From the NCBI GenBank assembly GCA_051047955.1, contig JBPGPT010000042.1, forward strand, positions 1 through 64,000: a stretch of 64,000 nt of DNA. Direction: 5' to 3'. Within the stretch, counting starts at the first letter, position 1. Each line of letters opens with the position of its first letter. This DNA is from Cystobasidiomycetes sp. EMM_F5 (lineage: Eukaryota). The position numbers were made by a program, and so were the translations under genes. The notes beneath the pieces were generated by a model. The model saw only the letters and a program-made list of their open reading frames with translations, did no database searches and was not told the DNA's origin. Shown here in pieces: positions 23,502 through 36,013 of the stretch.

Positions 23502-26500
23502 ATGACGGGACAGCGCACACAGACACAACAGCGCAGCCCATTCGAGGACTACCTGGTAGACGTCGAGCTCGTCCAAGAGCTGGGCAATCTAAACAACGAC
23601 GATGAGCGGATAGCGGCGCAGCGGGAGCGGAGTGCAAGTGGAAGCAGCAGCAGCAGTTCGGGAGCAAGTAGTATTGGTCGTACAGCTCGCAGACCGCGTG
23701 GATGCCATGCCAGAGGGCGGCACAACAATGGCCAGCGAAGCAAACGAGAAAGAAACGCAAAGAACGGTGAAATGGAGGGGGAGGTATCAACGACGACGAC
23801 GATGGAGACGACGACGACGACCTCAGATTGTGCCGCCATAACGAGCAGTCTCGACGGCCAGGCTCATTCGAATGCAAACATGCCGTCTCTTTCCAACAAC
23901 CAAGAAACACACCCCTCCATCCTCCAATTACAAGAATCACTCGCTGCAATGCTCGTGTCCTTCCTATCCAAGTCTTGCTCAAACATCCTCCAAAGCGACC
24001 CGACCGAGACTATCTACACCGACCGGCTGAGCGATCCGATATCCGAACAAGCAGCGACCATGCGGTTGCTACAGACTCTGCGAGATGATCCTCAGTCTGG
24101 CCAGGTGTCGTCTGTCCACGCTGCGTCAGACTTGCGCAGAAGCAGAAGACAGAGCAAGCGACAGTCCCTCATTCAACAGCTACGCCAGTCGTACACTCGC
24201 CATGCAAGAGGGACAAGTCTGACAATCATGGACGACGAGAGGTTCCAGTACCTTCCAACAAGACGTACCGACTATGAAGAATCTAGCAGCCCATCATCTG
24301 AACGTCTAGACCGACGGGGGATAATCTCACCCCGACGACGCAGATCGTATGCTAGACAGAGTTTATACGCCGAAACCCACGCCGTTCGAAGCGTGTCTCC
24401 GATTGTATTACGCGAGAACGCTGCAAATGCACTCTATACGAGCTCACGTGAAGACAACAATGCTCCAGCCAGATCTTTACCCTCTCCACTCCGCCAGCCC
24501 CACTTACAGGCCCAAGCTCAACAATGGACACTGAGTACAAGATTGACACTCCGCGGTCAGTTTCTCTGTTTCGGCCTAGTATCATGTCTGGTTGCCTTCC
24601 CACACCTTGCCGCCTTTCCTTCCCTCCCAAATCTGCCATTTACTCTGCCCTCTCACCTATCATCCACGCTTAGTGATGCTCGAACACCGCTGGGAATAGT
24701 ATGTGCAGGACTCGCTGCCTTCTGGGCTGCTTCGCCCAAACATAGTCTGCTCAAACCAGAGTCTTCCACCGTCATCTCGACTTGTACGCAGGCAGAGTCG
24801 GGCAATCCCACTCGCACAGCCGAAAGTATTGAGGAACTCCTGTCGAGATTGCTCGAGTCATTACGGTCTTATCTCGATAGCCTGGATAAGCTCGACGCAG
24901 TAATCGAGCGCGTATTAGCAAGACTTGATAAAGCTGCACAGGCTTCGATGCACGGAGATTATACGTGAGCAGACACGGCATGCCGTTTCCGGCTCCAAAG
25001 GCTAATAACTGTTTGGACGTATGTTTAGATACTTAGCAAATGCGCATCAATCGCACGAACTACATCAGGCAATGCTGATGCACCTTGACGCGCTTCGAGC
25101 TGAGATGGAAGAAGCTGTGCAGAGTATACAAGCGTCTCCTCAAACTGCAGATGCCATCAACGCCGAAGAACGGGAGCGCTTGCAGAATATGTATGCTGCA
25201 CCTGTCAAAGCGGCGCGGAATCCCGTTACACCTGTCGATATCGAAGACGTGCAGGCAGCATCTGCGTATAGATATAGTGATGCAACGTATGCTAATCCGC
25301 ACCACGATGCAAGCCCGATACCAGGAAGTCCGGCCTGGCGAGATGAGAGGGACCGTCAACGGAGATCTTGGGCGGCTTCGCCTGCCTCGTCACCTGTATT
25401 TGGTCAGCGCCCGGCTCGTCCGCACTCTATCATAAATTATCGAAGTGCAGAGACACAAACTCGCGCTGCCCTCTCACTACCTGCTACCATCGCTTCGAAG
25501 CAGAGAGGTCAGCATGACGGCAACGCGGTGTCTGAATCGGGAGGGTGTAATACTCTTGAGGATTCTATCAAAATCGACAAAAAACATCTGTCCGCGGAAG
25601 CTATCACCTCACTCCCTCCATCGCTTCGTCGAGCACACTCTGTCCCCTCAGCGGAACCCACAAAACCCTATCCAATCACAAGGAGATCTCTGCTCCCTTC
25701 TCCAACCGTCACGGCTAGAGAGTGTGAAGTGCAAACCCCGCGAGCGAGCAGACTGTCGCGTCCGCTGCCTCCAAACGTTGACGCATTGCCCATGTCGAAC
25801 GGTAAAAGCGATATCAAGAAGACGCCATCAGCAGTCGGCGTGAACGAAGCGGGAAATTTGGTCGATCCCGTGCCGTCGAGTCCGTCCACTTCGGCCAGAG
25901 TTGTCGCAGCAAACAAGCGGCGGTCCGTCGCTAGTCCTTCCACCTTATCCACTCCACACCGTAGAGATCACATCACATCTCGACCCACGAGTCTATTGCT
26001 GCAGTCCCCCAATTTGCGATCGCCATTTACTCCTCAGCGCCTGTCTGAGCGCGATAGGCATCGTCAATATGCAGCTCAGAAGCTGGAAGCTGGGAACTTT
26101 GCCGCCTCGCCTTTGCTGCCTCCTGCTTCTGCACGAGGCATGACTTCCCTACTGCCAAGTAGGCTACTTCGGCAGCATATCGCCAGGATGTTGCATGGTC
26201 GAAATGCCCTGCTGTGCCTCGTGCTCGCCATTCGGCCTGTAGATACGTCCACAGAAGCATTCAAAAGTAACACAACTTCATTACATGGGACGGCTTTGGG
26301 GTCGATGATTAAGCTGCTCCTCGGCAGTGTCAGTCATCTTCAAGCTGCTTGCACCGAGACACGGCATCGGCTCGAAAGTGCTCTTCAAGAACGTGATCAA
26401 AGTGCGTCGTTGGCTAATCAAGTCTCGGTCCAGTCACCTCATACTGGCGGATTGCGCATTACACTACCAGGAACTTACCCAGATTTCCGTCTCGACGATA

Positions 26501-27390
26501 GTCCAACCACATTGCAGCGCCCATTGATGCGGTCAACAAGATCAGCATACCAGTCGACAAAGCGCATCTCCGGTTCGCCTCTTTCCGCTCACAGTGAGTA
26601 TGCAGAAGAACAGAACTTTGCGCCTCGGGAGACGGTATCGCAGGCCGATCAAGAGAGTAGAAACGCATACATGACGGCATCTGCTCGATCTATCAGTGCA
26701 CTGCAGAGCGTAATTTCCAAAATTCGGGAACAGCAACACTGTGTCGATGCCCTTCTGGCATCAAGAGCCCATAGAGAGGACAATGCTGTCACGTCGCATC
26801 TCGAAGCCAGCATAAATACTGCCACTGCAGATACACGGCAAATGCTAGCCGAATTTCAGGCACAATGGCACGCTGCAAGTGTGTCATCCCGCCAGATTGT
26901 TCCGTCTAAATCTCTGCCTGCTGTTGAAGGCTCAGATAGCAATACGCCTGACCTATCTTTATCGGTTGGCACCTCATGCAGCGCAGCCTCCGAGCCACTA
27001 AGATTCCGTAAATCGCTTTCATCGTCTACCAGTTCTGACGAAGTCGACACTCCTCCGGTACTGTCACCAGATCTGCGTCGAGAGTCGCAAAATGACATTC
27101 ATCAGCTCTTACTAGAGCAGACAAACCCACAGCACCTCCCTCCAGCAGGCCTTGAGGAGCTGTTGTTCGAGTCGACGATGCAGGACGAAGCACGCATTAC
27201 GAATGCGTCTGCATTGGCCAAACAAAAACTTTCGCGCGATGACCGCATCGCGCTGATGAAGAAGCGCCGGACAACGACGATATACGGCAAACCTCAGACG
27301 GAAGCATCGCTGGAACAAACGCAAGCTATGGCAGATCGGGACCTAGTGGATGAACTCAAAGGCGTCATAACTTTATTAAAGTGGGCTTAA
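23502..27390 (+). CDS. Large membrane protein, probably fungal vezatin-like (VezA)
   Basis: Two long ORFs joined by a GTGAGC intron near 24965. Two hydrophobic segments (FLCFGLVSCLVAF, LGIVCAGLAAFWAAS). The C-terminus KLSRDDRIALMKKRR...DLVDELKGVI resembles, from recall, fungal vezatin-family tails. Confidence 0.55.
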
Positions 27391-27648
27391 ATGATACATT
27401 CACTTGCTGCGTCCTCGTCACTGATACCCTGTCTCAGAGCACCTCGCATACCAAATCAGATTAAAAAATGATTCAAAACTCTTCCGGATGACATGTGATG
27501 TAGCATTCTTGATCGTGTTGTTGTTAGTGTCAGTGTATCGTAACGCATACTTCCAACTGCATGGCACAAGTTGTTAAAGCAACAAATCAGACTCATGTCA
27601 GTCGGCCATCAAGAGCAATGTGCTACATTACCGTACATGCCGTGTCAT

Positions 27649-30562
27649 TCACGCAAGATAATTCAACACATCTCTAGTGCCACTTTCCCGCTCTAGGTAT
27701 TCCCTTTCTATAAGCGTGTCGATGTTTTTCTTGACATCGGAAACCTTGCAAGTGAAACGATTGGACAGCTGTACCACAGCCTCATTGACGAGTTCGCTCA
27801 GTCTCATTGTTCGCCGAGCTTTCATTATTCGAACCAAGACCGCCTGAATCAAGAAGCGTCGATCCTCATCGATGGTCTTCATCACATCCGCAGCCTCGGC
27901 TCGGTTGGCTCCTTGAATAGCTTGATTGCAGGGCACCCGTAGCTGAAGAAAATGATTAGCGGAAGACTGCCGAAGGCTGAATGCTGATCACACCTTCTTC
28001 GATGTGAATTTGAGGTTTAGGTCATATTGTCCGTCATCGGACGTGAGTAGTTGTAACTTGACAAGCAGGTCCAATTGTGGCTTAAGCTGCTCAGTCGTCA
28101 AGCCAGTGACGGTGCTCATTTCTTCAAGCGAATGTGAATCGATTTCGTTGAATTGCAGCAGGATGATGGCCTGTATCGACGAGGTCGTCAATATATACTT
28201 GTGTTTCGATGTGAAGAGCGTTCGAAGTTCGTTTCTCGATAAACCGTAGTGGACTGTCAGCTTGCGACCACTGTATTTCTTTGCGTAAAATTGTTTGAAC
28301 CGATCTAGCGGTTTTTGTAACTCGGGCGGGATGATAACGCCTTTGACTGTCTCCTGCACAGGCCAGGCAGATGCGCCGAGAGCCAAAAATTTTGTTTCAC
28401 CTGCACACATCCACAATATCAGCTCAGCTCAGTGCAATACCCCAGACATGCTGTACACGAACAGGTGCTCTCGCTTTTGACGGGACGACCATTGTCTGCA
28501 GCGACGTGAGCAGTATGCTCCTTGAAGCTTTCGTTTAGTTCCTTCGACAACGTGATATCCTGGAACATTTTCTGCAATTTAGTTGTGTACTCTTGAAGAG
28601 ATGAAAATGACATTAGCTGCTCATCCTCTGTCGGCACTACAACGAAGTCCGTACGTACCGGATCCGCATGCCTCCTTCAATTGTGAAATCATCTCGGCTT
28701 CCGCTTCCTCCGATACGGAGGTCTCGTGCACGAGACGCTTCGCAAGTAGTTTAGCATAGAACTTTTGGAAAACATCTTTATCATCGATGTAGCGGAAGAG
28801 CACCAGCTGATACGTGATACATGTCAGAATAGAGTCACTCTCATCTGTGTCGCCATACTCACAACGTCTCGGACGTCGCCCATAATGTCTTCCTCGATGG
28901 CGACTTTGCTACCTTTTTTCAGTATCAAGTCGGAAAACTTAGCAAGCAATTCCGGAGTTTTCGCAGAGCTCGTCCCAGTCACTGCATTCATGTTCACGAA
29001 CGCTTTACAAGCCTTGTGCGGACGAGTGTAAGCGCTCAGCACGAGGATGATCAGATGTTCACTGACCAGATCGAGACCTTTGATGAAGCTGTGGTCATCG
29101 CGGAAAGCGACAGCGCATAGATGCCGATTGCCTTTGCAGACGTGTAGTAAGACGGATACATAAGCTCTGGAATCCTGTGTTTAGTCTCAGCCTGTGCAAA
29201 TACCAGCAGGATACAATCTTCGTACCACTTCCTTGCTGACTGCTACCAGTTCTTGAATGCCTTGACGGCCAGCAGCAAGAACGTGCTGCTGGTAGAGCTC
29301 TCTTAGACCGTTGAGGCCCTCTGGCAGGCGATCGAGAATGTTGTATTGTTTGGCCAAGTTTTCTGTATCTTCAGCTTGCAGCTTTTGCGAAAACTCAATC
29401 TGAAATGCGGCCTCGTGGATAGATATTAACGCTTGTTCCGTGGCATGTATTGCGACTTTCTTGCTCGAAGGATGTAGAAAGAGATCAGCTCTTATCTCCT
29501 CTTCCGAGAGACGGGTGAACGCCTTCGTGATGTAGGCGGACATTGTGTTGTCTGCCAAATAAGCGACGCTTTCCTGGGTATAGAAGTCGATAGTGTGTTG
29601 TAAGAAATACCTTTCGAAGTGTTGTCGGTACGTTTGCATTTCTTCACGAGAATCTGCAATATCCATGAGTGTATAGGACTGGAGACACCGCCGCACCATC
29701 GACACTTCGATGTCTTCACCGAGGCGATGTTGCTTCAGCAAGCCAATGACGGACGTTGTCAATGGTCCTGCACGGCCTTCAGCGGCCGCGTCTATATTAC
29801 AAAAAACCTGCTCCTTCCATGTTGCCAAAGCGAGGTTGTACATTGACAGGATGTCTGAGCGCGCTTCTGTCCTCTTTCGCGGTACATAAACTTATTGGCG
29901 TCGTCAAAGCCTGTCGCAACGCTCAGCCAATGTACCAGACCTACATCGGTCCAGATAGCGGAAGAGCCTGGCTATTACTCTTGCGGAAAATGTATAGTCG
30001 TCCCATTGCTTGACATAGTACGTAACAAGTTGCATTCCCTGAAGCTGCGCTGAGTTCTAGAGCGCCCTCCGTCAGACGGAAATCCCCTGGGTGAATTTGT
30101 AGCAACGCTCACCTGCAGTACTGCCTGGCAATGGCCGTGCAGATACCGCTTGAGCTCTGCGTAGAGTTGATGTTCAACACTATGGTCTGCTTGGGCACAC
30201 ATCCCATCAACAAAAGTTCTGTTTTCTCACGGAAAGGTTCTGTACCTTCGCTGCCGGCTGACAAAGGTGCTCGCGCTCCGAAGGTCACCTTAGTGCAGCC
30301 ATCAAACATGTCCCTGTCACCAAAACTTCAGTGCAAGGCGCCGCTGAGGAGCTGGGCGTACTTACGTATAAAGCTTGCTGTATTCAGTGACTGTCAGAGA
30401 CGACAGACGCATGATTTTGTCCAGTCCTCCCCTGACTTTATTCCATAATTGTGTGAACTCGGCCTCTTCTGTACTGATATCCTTAGTTCGCTTCATCGTA
30501 GTAGAAAGACCCTCGTAGTCGCTACTAAGCTTGTCTTTGCGGTACTTGTGCAAGATGGACAT
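27649..30562 (-). CDS. Divergent cullin-1 paralogue (intact reading frame)
   Basis: Cullin motifs [64 protein letters not shown] and neddylation motif VRIMKARR. The exon junctions I traced splice in frame. Confidence 0.9.
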
Positions 30563-31005
30563 TTGTGAGCCGATAGAGCCGAGGGTGATAGGAGGAAGAT
30601 ATGCTCAAACCCCTTCAGTAAGCACGACAGAGCAGATATTAGGCGTGCGGCCATATGCCATTGACTAGATCGAAAGGCCGTCTGACTGTATCACCGAGAG
30701 CGTCGACGGTTCCGCAACCGTGCGTTCAACGTCATGTGCAAATCAGTTTCGCGTCAGACAATCAGCGGTCGGCAGGACGCTGTCAGCTCTTGGGCGTATG
30801 CATCAGTCCTGCGTTGCTGTAAAGCGTAGCGGCAGATTTACATGGAGCACAAAAGAATCGTGCTGCTTGCGATGGTCCAACTTTGACTTACAACAACTTG
30901 CCGTACTGCTGAAGTCCTTCTGAAATGCTGGTGATCCTATGTCATCCAAACTACCCGAGCGATCTCGTGGCGAAATCGGTACTGCGTGACACCACAGTGT
31001 CGCGG

Positions 31006-34000
31006 TCAAGCTGGAGAGTACTAGATTAGCTACGAGCCAACACGCATGCGGGTGTCATCACTCACCCAAGTAATTGAAGGTGTCTCTGCTGCCGTCAACA
31101 CGCTCGATATACTCTTTGTCCAGCAATTGATCAATGGCTTTCTTGACATCGCTGACCTTTGGCGAGAAGCGCGATGAAAGCTGTTGTATAGTCTCTTGGA
31201 CCAGCTGTTGATTCTTCATGGTCTACAGGTGAAGTTCGCGTGAGCTGGTAACGGACAGGAATTGAAGTGTTGTCAAAACTCACTTTTCGCGACTTCATGA
31301 TTCGTACTATGATTGCTTGAATGAGTAGACGACGGTCTTCATCGACAGTCTTCATGACGTCAGCAGCTTCTGCCTTCGTTTCGGCCTTCACCGGCATGTT
31401 GAGTTGGACTCGCATCTGCAGAACAGCGTTAGATCAATACTGATGACCTACCGCTGCGGACTGGCTCGCACTCACCTTCTTGGACGTGAACTTGAGATTG
31501 AGGTCGTACTGGTCCTCATCCTGGGTAAGAATCTTCTGCTTGACGAGGAAAGCCAGCTGTGGCTTGAGAATGTCGTCTGCGAGCTGGGTGCTTGCTTTCA
31601 TCTCGTCGTACGACAGCGAATCTGAGTCGCCATTGAATTGTAGTAGAATAGTTGCTTGGTAGGATGACACCATCAAGGTATATTTCTGGCCAGCATACGT
31701 TGTGCGCAATTCATTCCGTGACTGCGGCCACACCCACGTGATTTTGCGGCCGCTATGCTTCTTGGAATAAAATTGCTTGAAGCGCTCGAGCAACTTTTGG
31801 AATTCGGCCGGCGGTGTCATTTCCGTCGTTGGAGCAGTGATTGGCCACGCTGAAGTTCCCAATACAAGCACGTTGAAGTCGACTTTGAGCGCGGAGGAGA
31901 TCAGTGCGCTGCGCTAAGCAGGTATACATATTTCACTGACTCTCGTCTTTCTTACTGCCACCATCGTCCTGCGTCAAGTGAGATAGATGCTCCTTGAAGC
32001 TCTCGTTCAGATCCTTGCATAACGTTATGTCCTGGAACATCTTCTGCAGCTTGGTAGTGTAGTCCGTTCCACACGCTTCCTTCAGGCGGGAGATCATGTT
32101 GGCTTCTGCATCGTCCGACGATGAAGTTGCGGTGATGAGCCGCTTGGCTAGCATCTTGGAGTAGAATTTCTGGAACACATCCTGTGTGCGATAAATGCCA
32201 AGTTAGTGGTCAGCCTCGTGCTTAGTAGCTACGCCGCAATCCTTTTACCTTGTCTTCGATGTACTTAAAGATCTAAAGAAGCACGCGAGTCAGCTCAAAT
32301 TCGGCCATGTCGGTAAAATTGGACATCGCATACAATCATCTAAAGAATCAAAGTATCAGCCTCGTGCCGGTAGACGTGCTGGAACTGCCTTACCGTATTC
32401 TTCAATGCAAGCTCCAAGTCTGCTTCCTCACCAGCTTTGTTACTCTTCTTGAGCAGCGCATCCGCATACTTGGCCAGTAATTCTGGTGACTTGTTCGACA
32501 TGGTTCCAGTGGCTTTGTTTCGATTGATAAACTCGCGACAGGCCTTGTCTAAAGCCTGCCCGAAAGAAGCGTCACCTCGGAAAGCTTTTTGCACAAGGTC
32601 GGCATTCTTGGCATGGACCTCCAAAAGCGCCTCGACGTATGGCTTGGGTTCCTGCATTGTACATCAGTCTGAGCTTCTAGGAAAGACAGAACAAGACAAA
32701 GGAGCTCACCACATCCTTCTCACCCGTCACAACGCGCTCGACATTGCTCAAACCTATACGCTTGACGTGCTCCTCAAAGCGGAGACGAAGCGGTTCCAGA
32801 CCATCGGGTATGCGATGCAGTAGATTGTACATGCGATTCAAATCGTCCTCTTTGTCTTGGTCTAGTAATCGTTGGAATTCCTCTTGTAACAGCTCGGAAT
32901 GAGCAGTGACAAGAGCACCCTCGCATGTCGTTACCAGCTGTGGATTCGAAAGCTTCAATATAGTCATACAACTAACGACGGTCAGACGGCCCCACCACTT
33001 TCTTGGTGCTGGCATTCAGATACATATCAACCCGATCCTCCTCCTCTTCCAGCCGGACTACTGCCTTCTTCATATAGTCGGTCACGGGATTGACAGCAAT
33101 GTAGGCTTCACTTTCTTGCTTGTAGAATTGTTCGGTCTGCACCAAAAACGGCTTCTCGAACGCCTCCTTGTACACGTCGAGATTGGTCCTATTTGCATCC
33201 GCATCATCAATACCCAATGCGACCAGAGATTCGATAGTATTGCGAATGAGGGTGACATCGACAGCTTCTCCATTACGCTGCCGTTCGATGAGTTTGAGGA
33301 GAGCGGTTGTGCATTTCTGACGGGATTGGAGGTGGGCGAAGAAGACATCCTTCCATTGCACGAGCGCGAGTGTGTAGACGGTGTAAATATTCTTGCGACC
33401 TTCCTCCTTTTCTCGCTTGACCCAATCTGCGTTTATTCAAAGTCAGTAACTGAGAACGAGCAGAGTTGCATGAAAGGCGTATGCATAGACTCACGTCGAT
33501 TCAGGTAGGCAAACAAGCGGGTGACAAAGCTTGCGCCTTGCGTATATCGATTCCATTCGCTGGTGTAGTATTTGAGAAGCGGTTCGTCTGACAACTCTTC
33601 GGCGGCCTGTGGCGACAAGCCGTGAGCGCCTCAAGACAGCACAATACAAGTCCACGCACAGCTCGAACGTCGGTCAAGTGAGATACAAAGTATGCGGTGA
33701 GATGCTTGTATAAATCAGCGCCCATCAGGTTTGCACCCCCGCCTGTAGTGAATACAATTGCGGTCAACTGGGTGCATGCTCTGGCTCAGAATGAAGGCCG
33801 CGTACGCCGTAGATGGCCCTGGGTATCCTGCTGGGAGTTCATCTTGCTCGAGGTGCAGTAGTTGTAGGCGACGCTGTTAAATTGCATCCTGTTAATGGCT
33901 GTTCGCCGTCCATTCGTGCAGTAAACGGACGTGTAAAGTTCCATGTAACGCGAGTAGCTCATTCCTTCGCGCAACTTGGTCATGATGGTATTCTGAGGCC

Positions 34001-34142
34001 GTTGTTCAGCTTGAATATACCCAAACTGCCTGCTCATCGTCCAGCTCACAGTGCCGTCCTCGAGGAACCGCCAGGTGTCGACCAGCGACGTCGAAGCGGG
34101 CATCGGCGTCGACCGCCCAGACCCGCTCGCTGCTGCCGCCAT
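31006..34142 (-). CDS. CUL1: Cullin-1 (SCF scaffold), canonical copy
   Basis: [82 protein letters not shown] and TFNYLA*. Multi-exon. Confidence 0.95.
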
Positions 34143-35267
34143 ACTGATACAGTGCTGCAGAATGAGTAGTCCCAGCGGCGGCGACTTGGTGAGACGCAAA
34201 GACAAAGCCGATCAGTGTCCATTGTCGAAGGATGTATGGATCGTCTGGCATGATTCCGGACAACACGCAGGATAGCCCTGTTTTTTTTAAGAACGTATCC
34301 GGAAGATGCATTCATAATGTTTGGCTGATTCACATCTACCGAAACTGACCGTCCTTTCGCTGCGGCATTGACGAAATCAAGGTTGAACTAATTACTAATT
34401 CTTATGGACGCACAGAAGTTGTGAATACTTTGCTGAATGCAAATGACTGACATTACAAAGGCTCTGACATTACCTACCGCTGCGGAACAAAAAATAGGGA
34501 GTTTACTATCCTTTGTGTCCTGTTTGGGACGTGCAGATATGCTACCGACTTGGGGCACAAAGGCTTTTTTTGACCGTACATGCCGAGTAGCTCATTGCTT
34601 CACTTGCTCTCTATATGTCGACGCGGTTTTACCTAGGTATGTCAAATCCGTGGGAGCATATATCGTCATTTTTGAAAAAAGATTTCTGCTTTGGGATTCT
34701 CCGGTTCATTAGGGCGGCAGATTGCCCGCTAAGCAGTCGTATCCAGGAGGCATAGACGTTACCAAGTTGCATTACGCCTTGCCTTGACGAGCAGGGTGGA
34801 TTTTCCGAATTCTCCGCTTCCCGACCTGTCAAATATGTGGAGAAGGCGTGAAGCAGACCACCGACGTTGTAATTAACACTCAACACGTTGCATAGAGCAC
34901 AATGAGCGGTTTTCGGCCTCAAATCTATGCTCTCCGAATTTATTGATGTCTCCGCAATTCGAGCTATGCCAATCATCTAATGTCCCAGTGCTTGAACATG
35001 GGCAGAAGCCTTCGAAAGACGTACCGCCATTGTAGAACGAACATCTAAGCTCGAAAAGCTGACAATATTGGCTGTTTCTTGCGTCGAGATAGCCGCGACG
35101 TTTTTGAGGTGGAAGAACAAAAAAGAACAGCGACAAGCAGCCGGAACGCGGCCCACAAGTGGATCGAAATGTAGTGCTGCATCTCTTGTTTGCGGTACGC
35201 ACGACTCTGACCCAAAAAGACGTTGCAACGGGCTCCAAAAACTGTACGCCTCCAAGAGGCATCCTAT

Positions 35268-35340
35268 AGACTCTGACGCGATTCGAACGCGCAATCTTGG
35301 GCGCCGAAAACCCACGCCTTAGCCATTAGGCCACAAAGCC
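35268..35340 (-). tRNA. tRNA-Arg (anticodon UCG), intronless
   Basis: The reverse complement folds as a cloverleaf: acceptor GGCTTTG/CAGAGTC, D-arm GCCT-AATGGCTA-AGGC, anticodon arm TGGGT-TTTCGGC-GCCCA, T-arm GCGCG-TTCGAAT-CGCGT. A T5 run about 25 nt downstream fits a Pol III terminator. Confidence 0.88.
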
Positions 35341-36013
35341 GTTTTGTCGTCATTGCTAATATGTGAACATCTGAGTTTTGCGTATATATTTTTTTAATTT
35401 ATTGCCGGAAAAAAGGGTTTCGGTTTTATCATCCGCGAATCAGGGTGAGATGTGGGGATGGTCCATTACGAGCAATATACGTCGCTCTTCGCGCTCTCGC
35501 ATACCTTGGTCGAGCCCGGCAAAATTTTTTTTTGGCAAAATTGGTGAAATAAGTATGGTAACAGTCGAAACAGATATGCAACTTCCTTTCACGCGGTTAT
35601 TTAGCGTAGCAACAGAGCTGAATGACTGTGAGATACTTAACAACATTCGTCTCCCCTTTTCCTCTATCTCGCGTAAAGCAACCTCCAACGATCTTATGAG
35701 AAACACCCACGCAATGATAAGTAATTGTCCGACAAGTCTACCCCCCCGCTTTAGACCTCGCCAATGGGATACTTTCAGTACTCTCGCTCTTCTCGCCTCA
35801 TCCTTCTTTCCTTCCTTCTTTCTTTCTCAGCTTGGCGCGGACGGCCGGGCTCCTGGCTCCTGGCTCCTGGCTCATCCAGTATGCCAATTGTTCCGCGTAA
35901 GTAAATACGACCGACTAGGTTGCTCAATGTCAGCCTCGCTTATGATGTATCGGCCCTGCGTCCCAAAATTCTGGTGGCGTTCTTTATGGAAGCACTCAAC
36001 GCGTCGAGGCACG

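Noticed and set aside
27649..30562. Second cullin as a pseudogene or assembly duplicate
   Set aside because: The exons I traced splice in frame with no premature stops, and sequence and intron positions differ too much for a collapsed or allelic copy.
35378..36013. Upstream part of the 342-aa ORF
   Set aside because: It starts at a non-ATG codon in AT-rich, pyrimidine-tract sequence with no protein-like features. It is more likely promoter or UTR.
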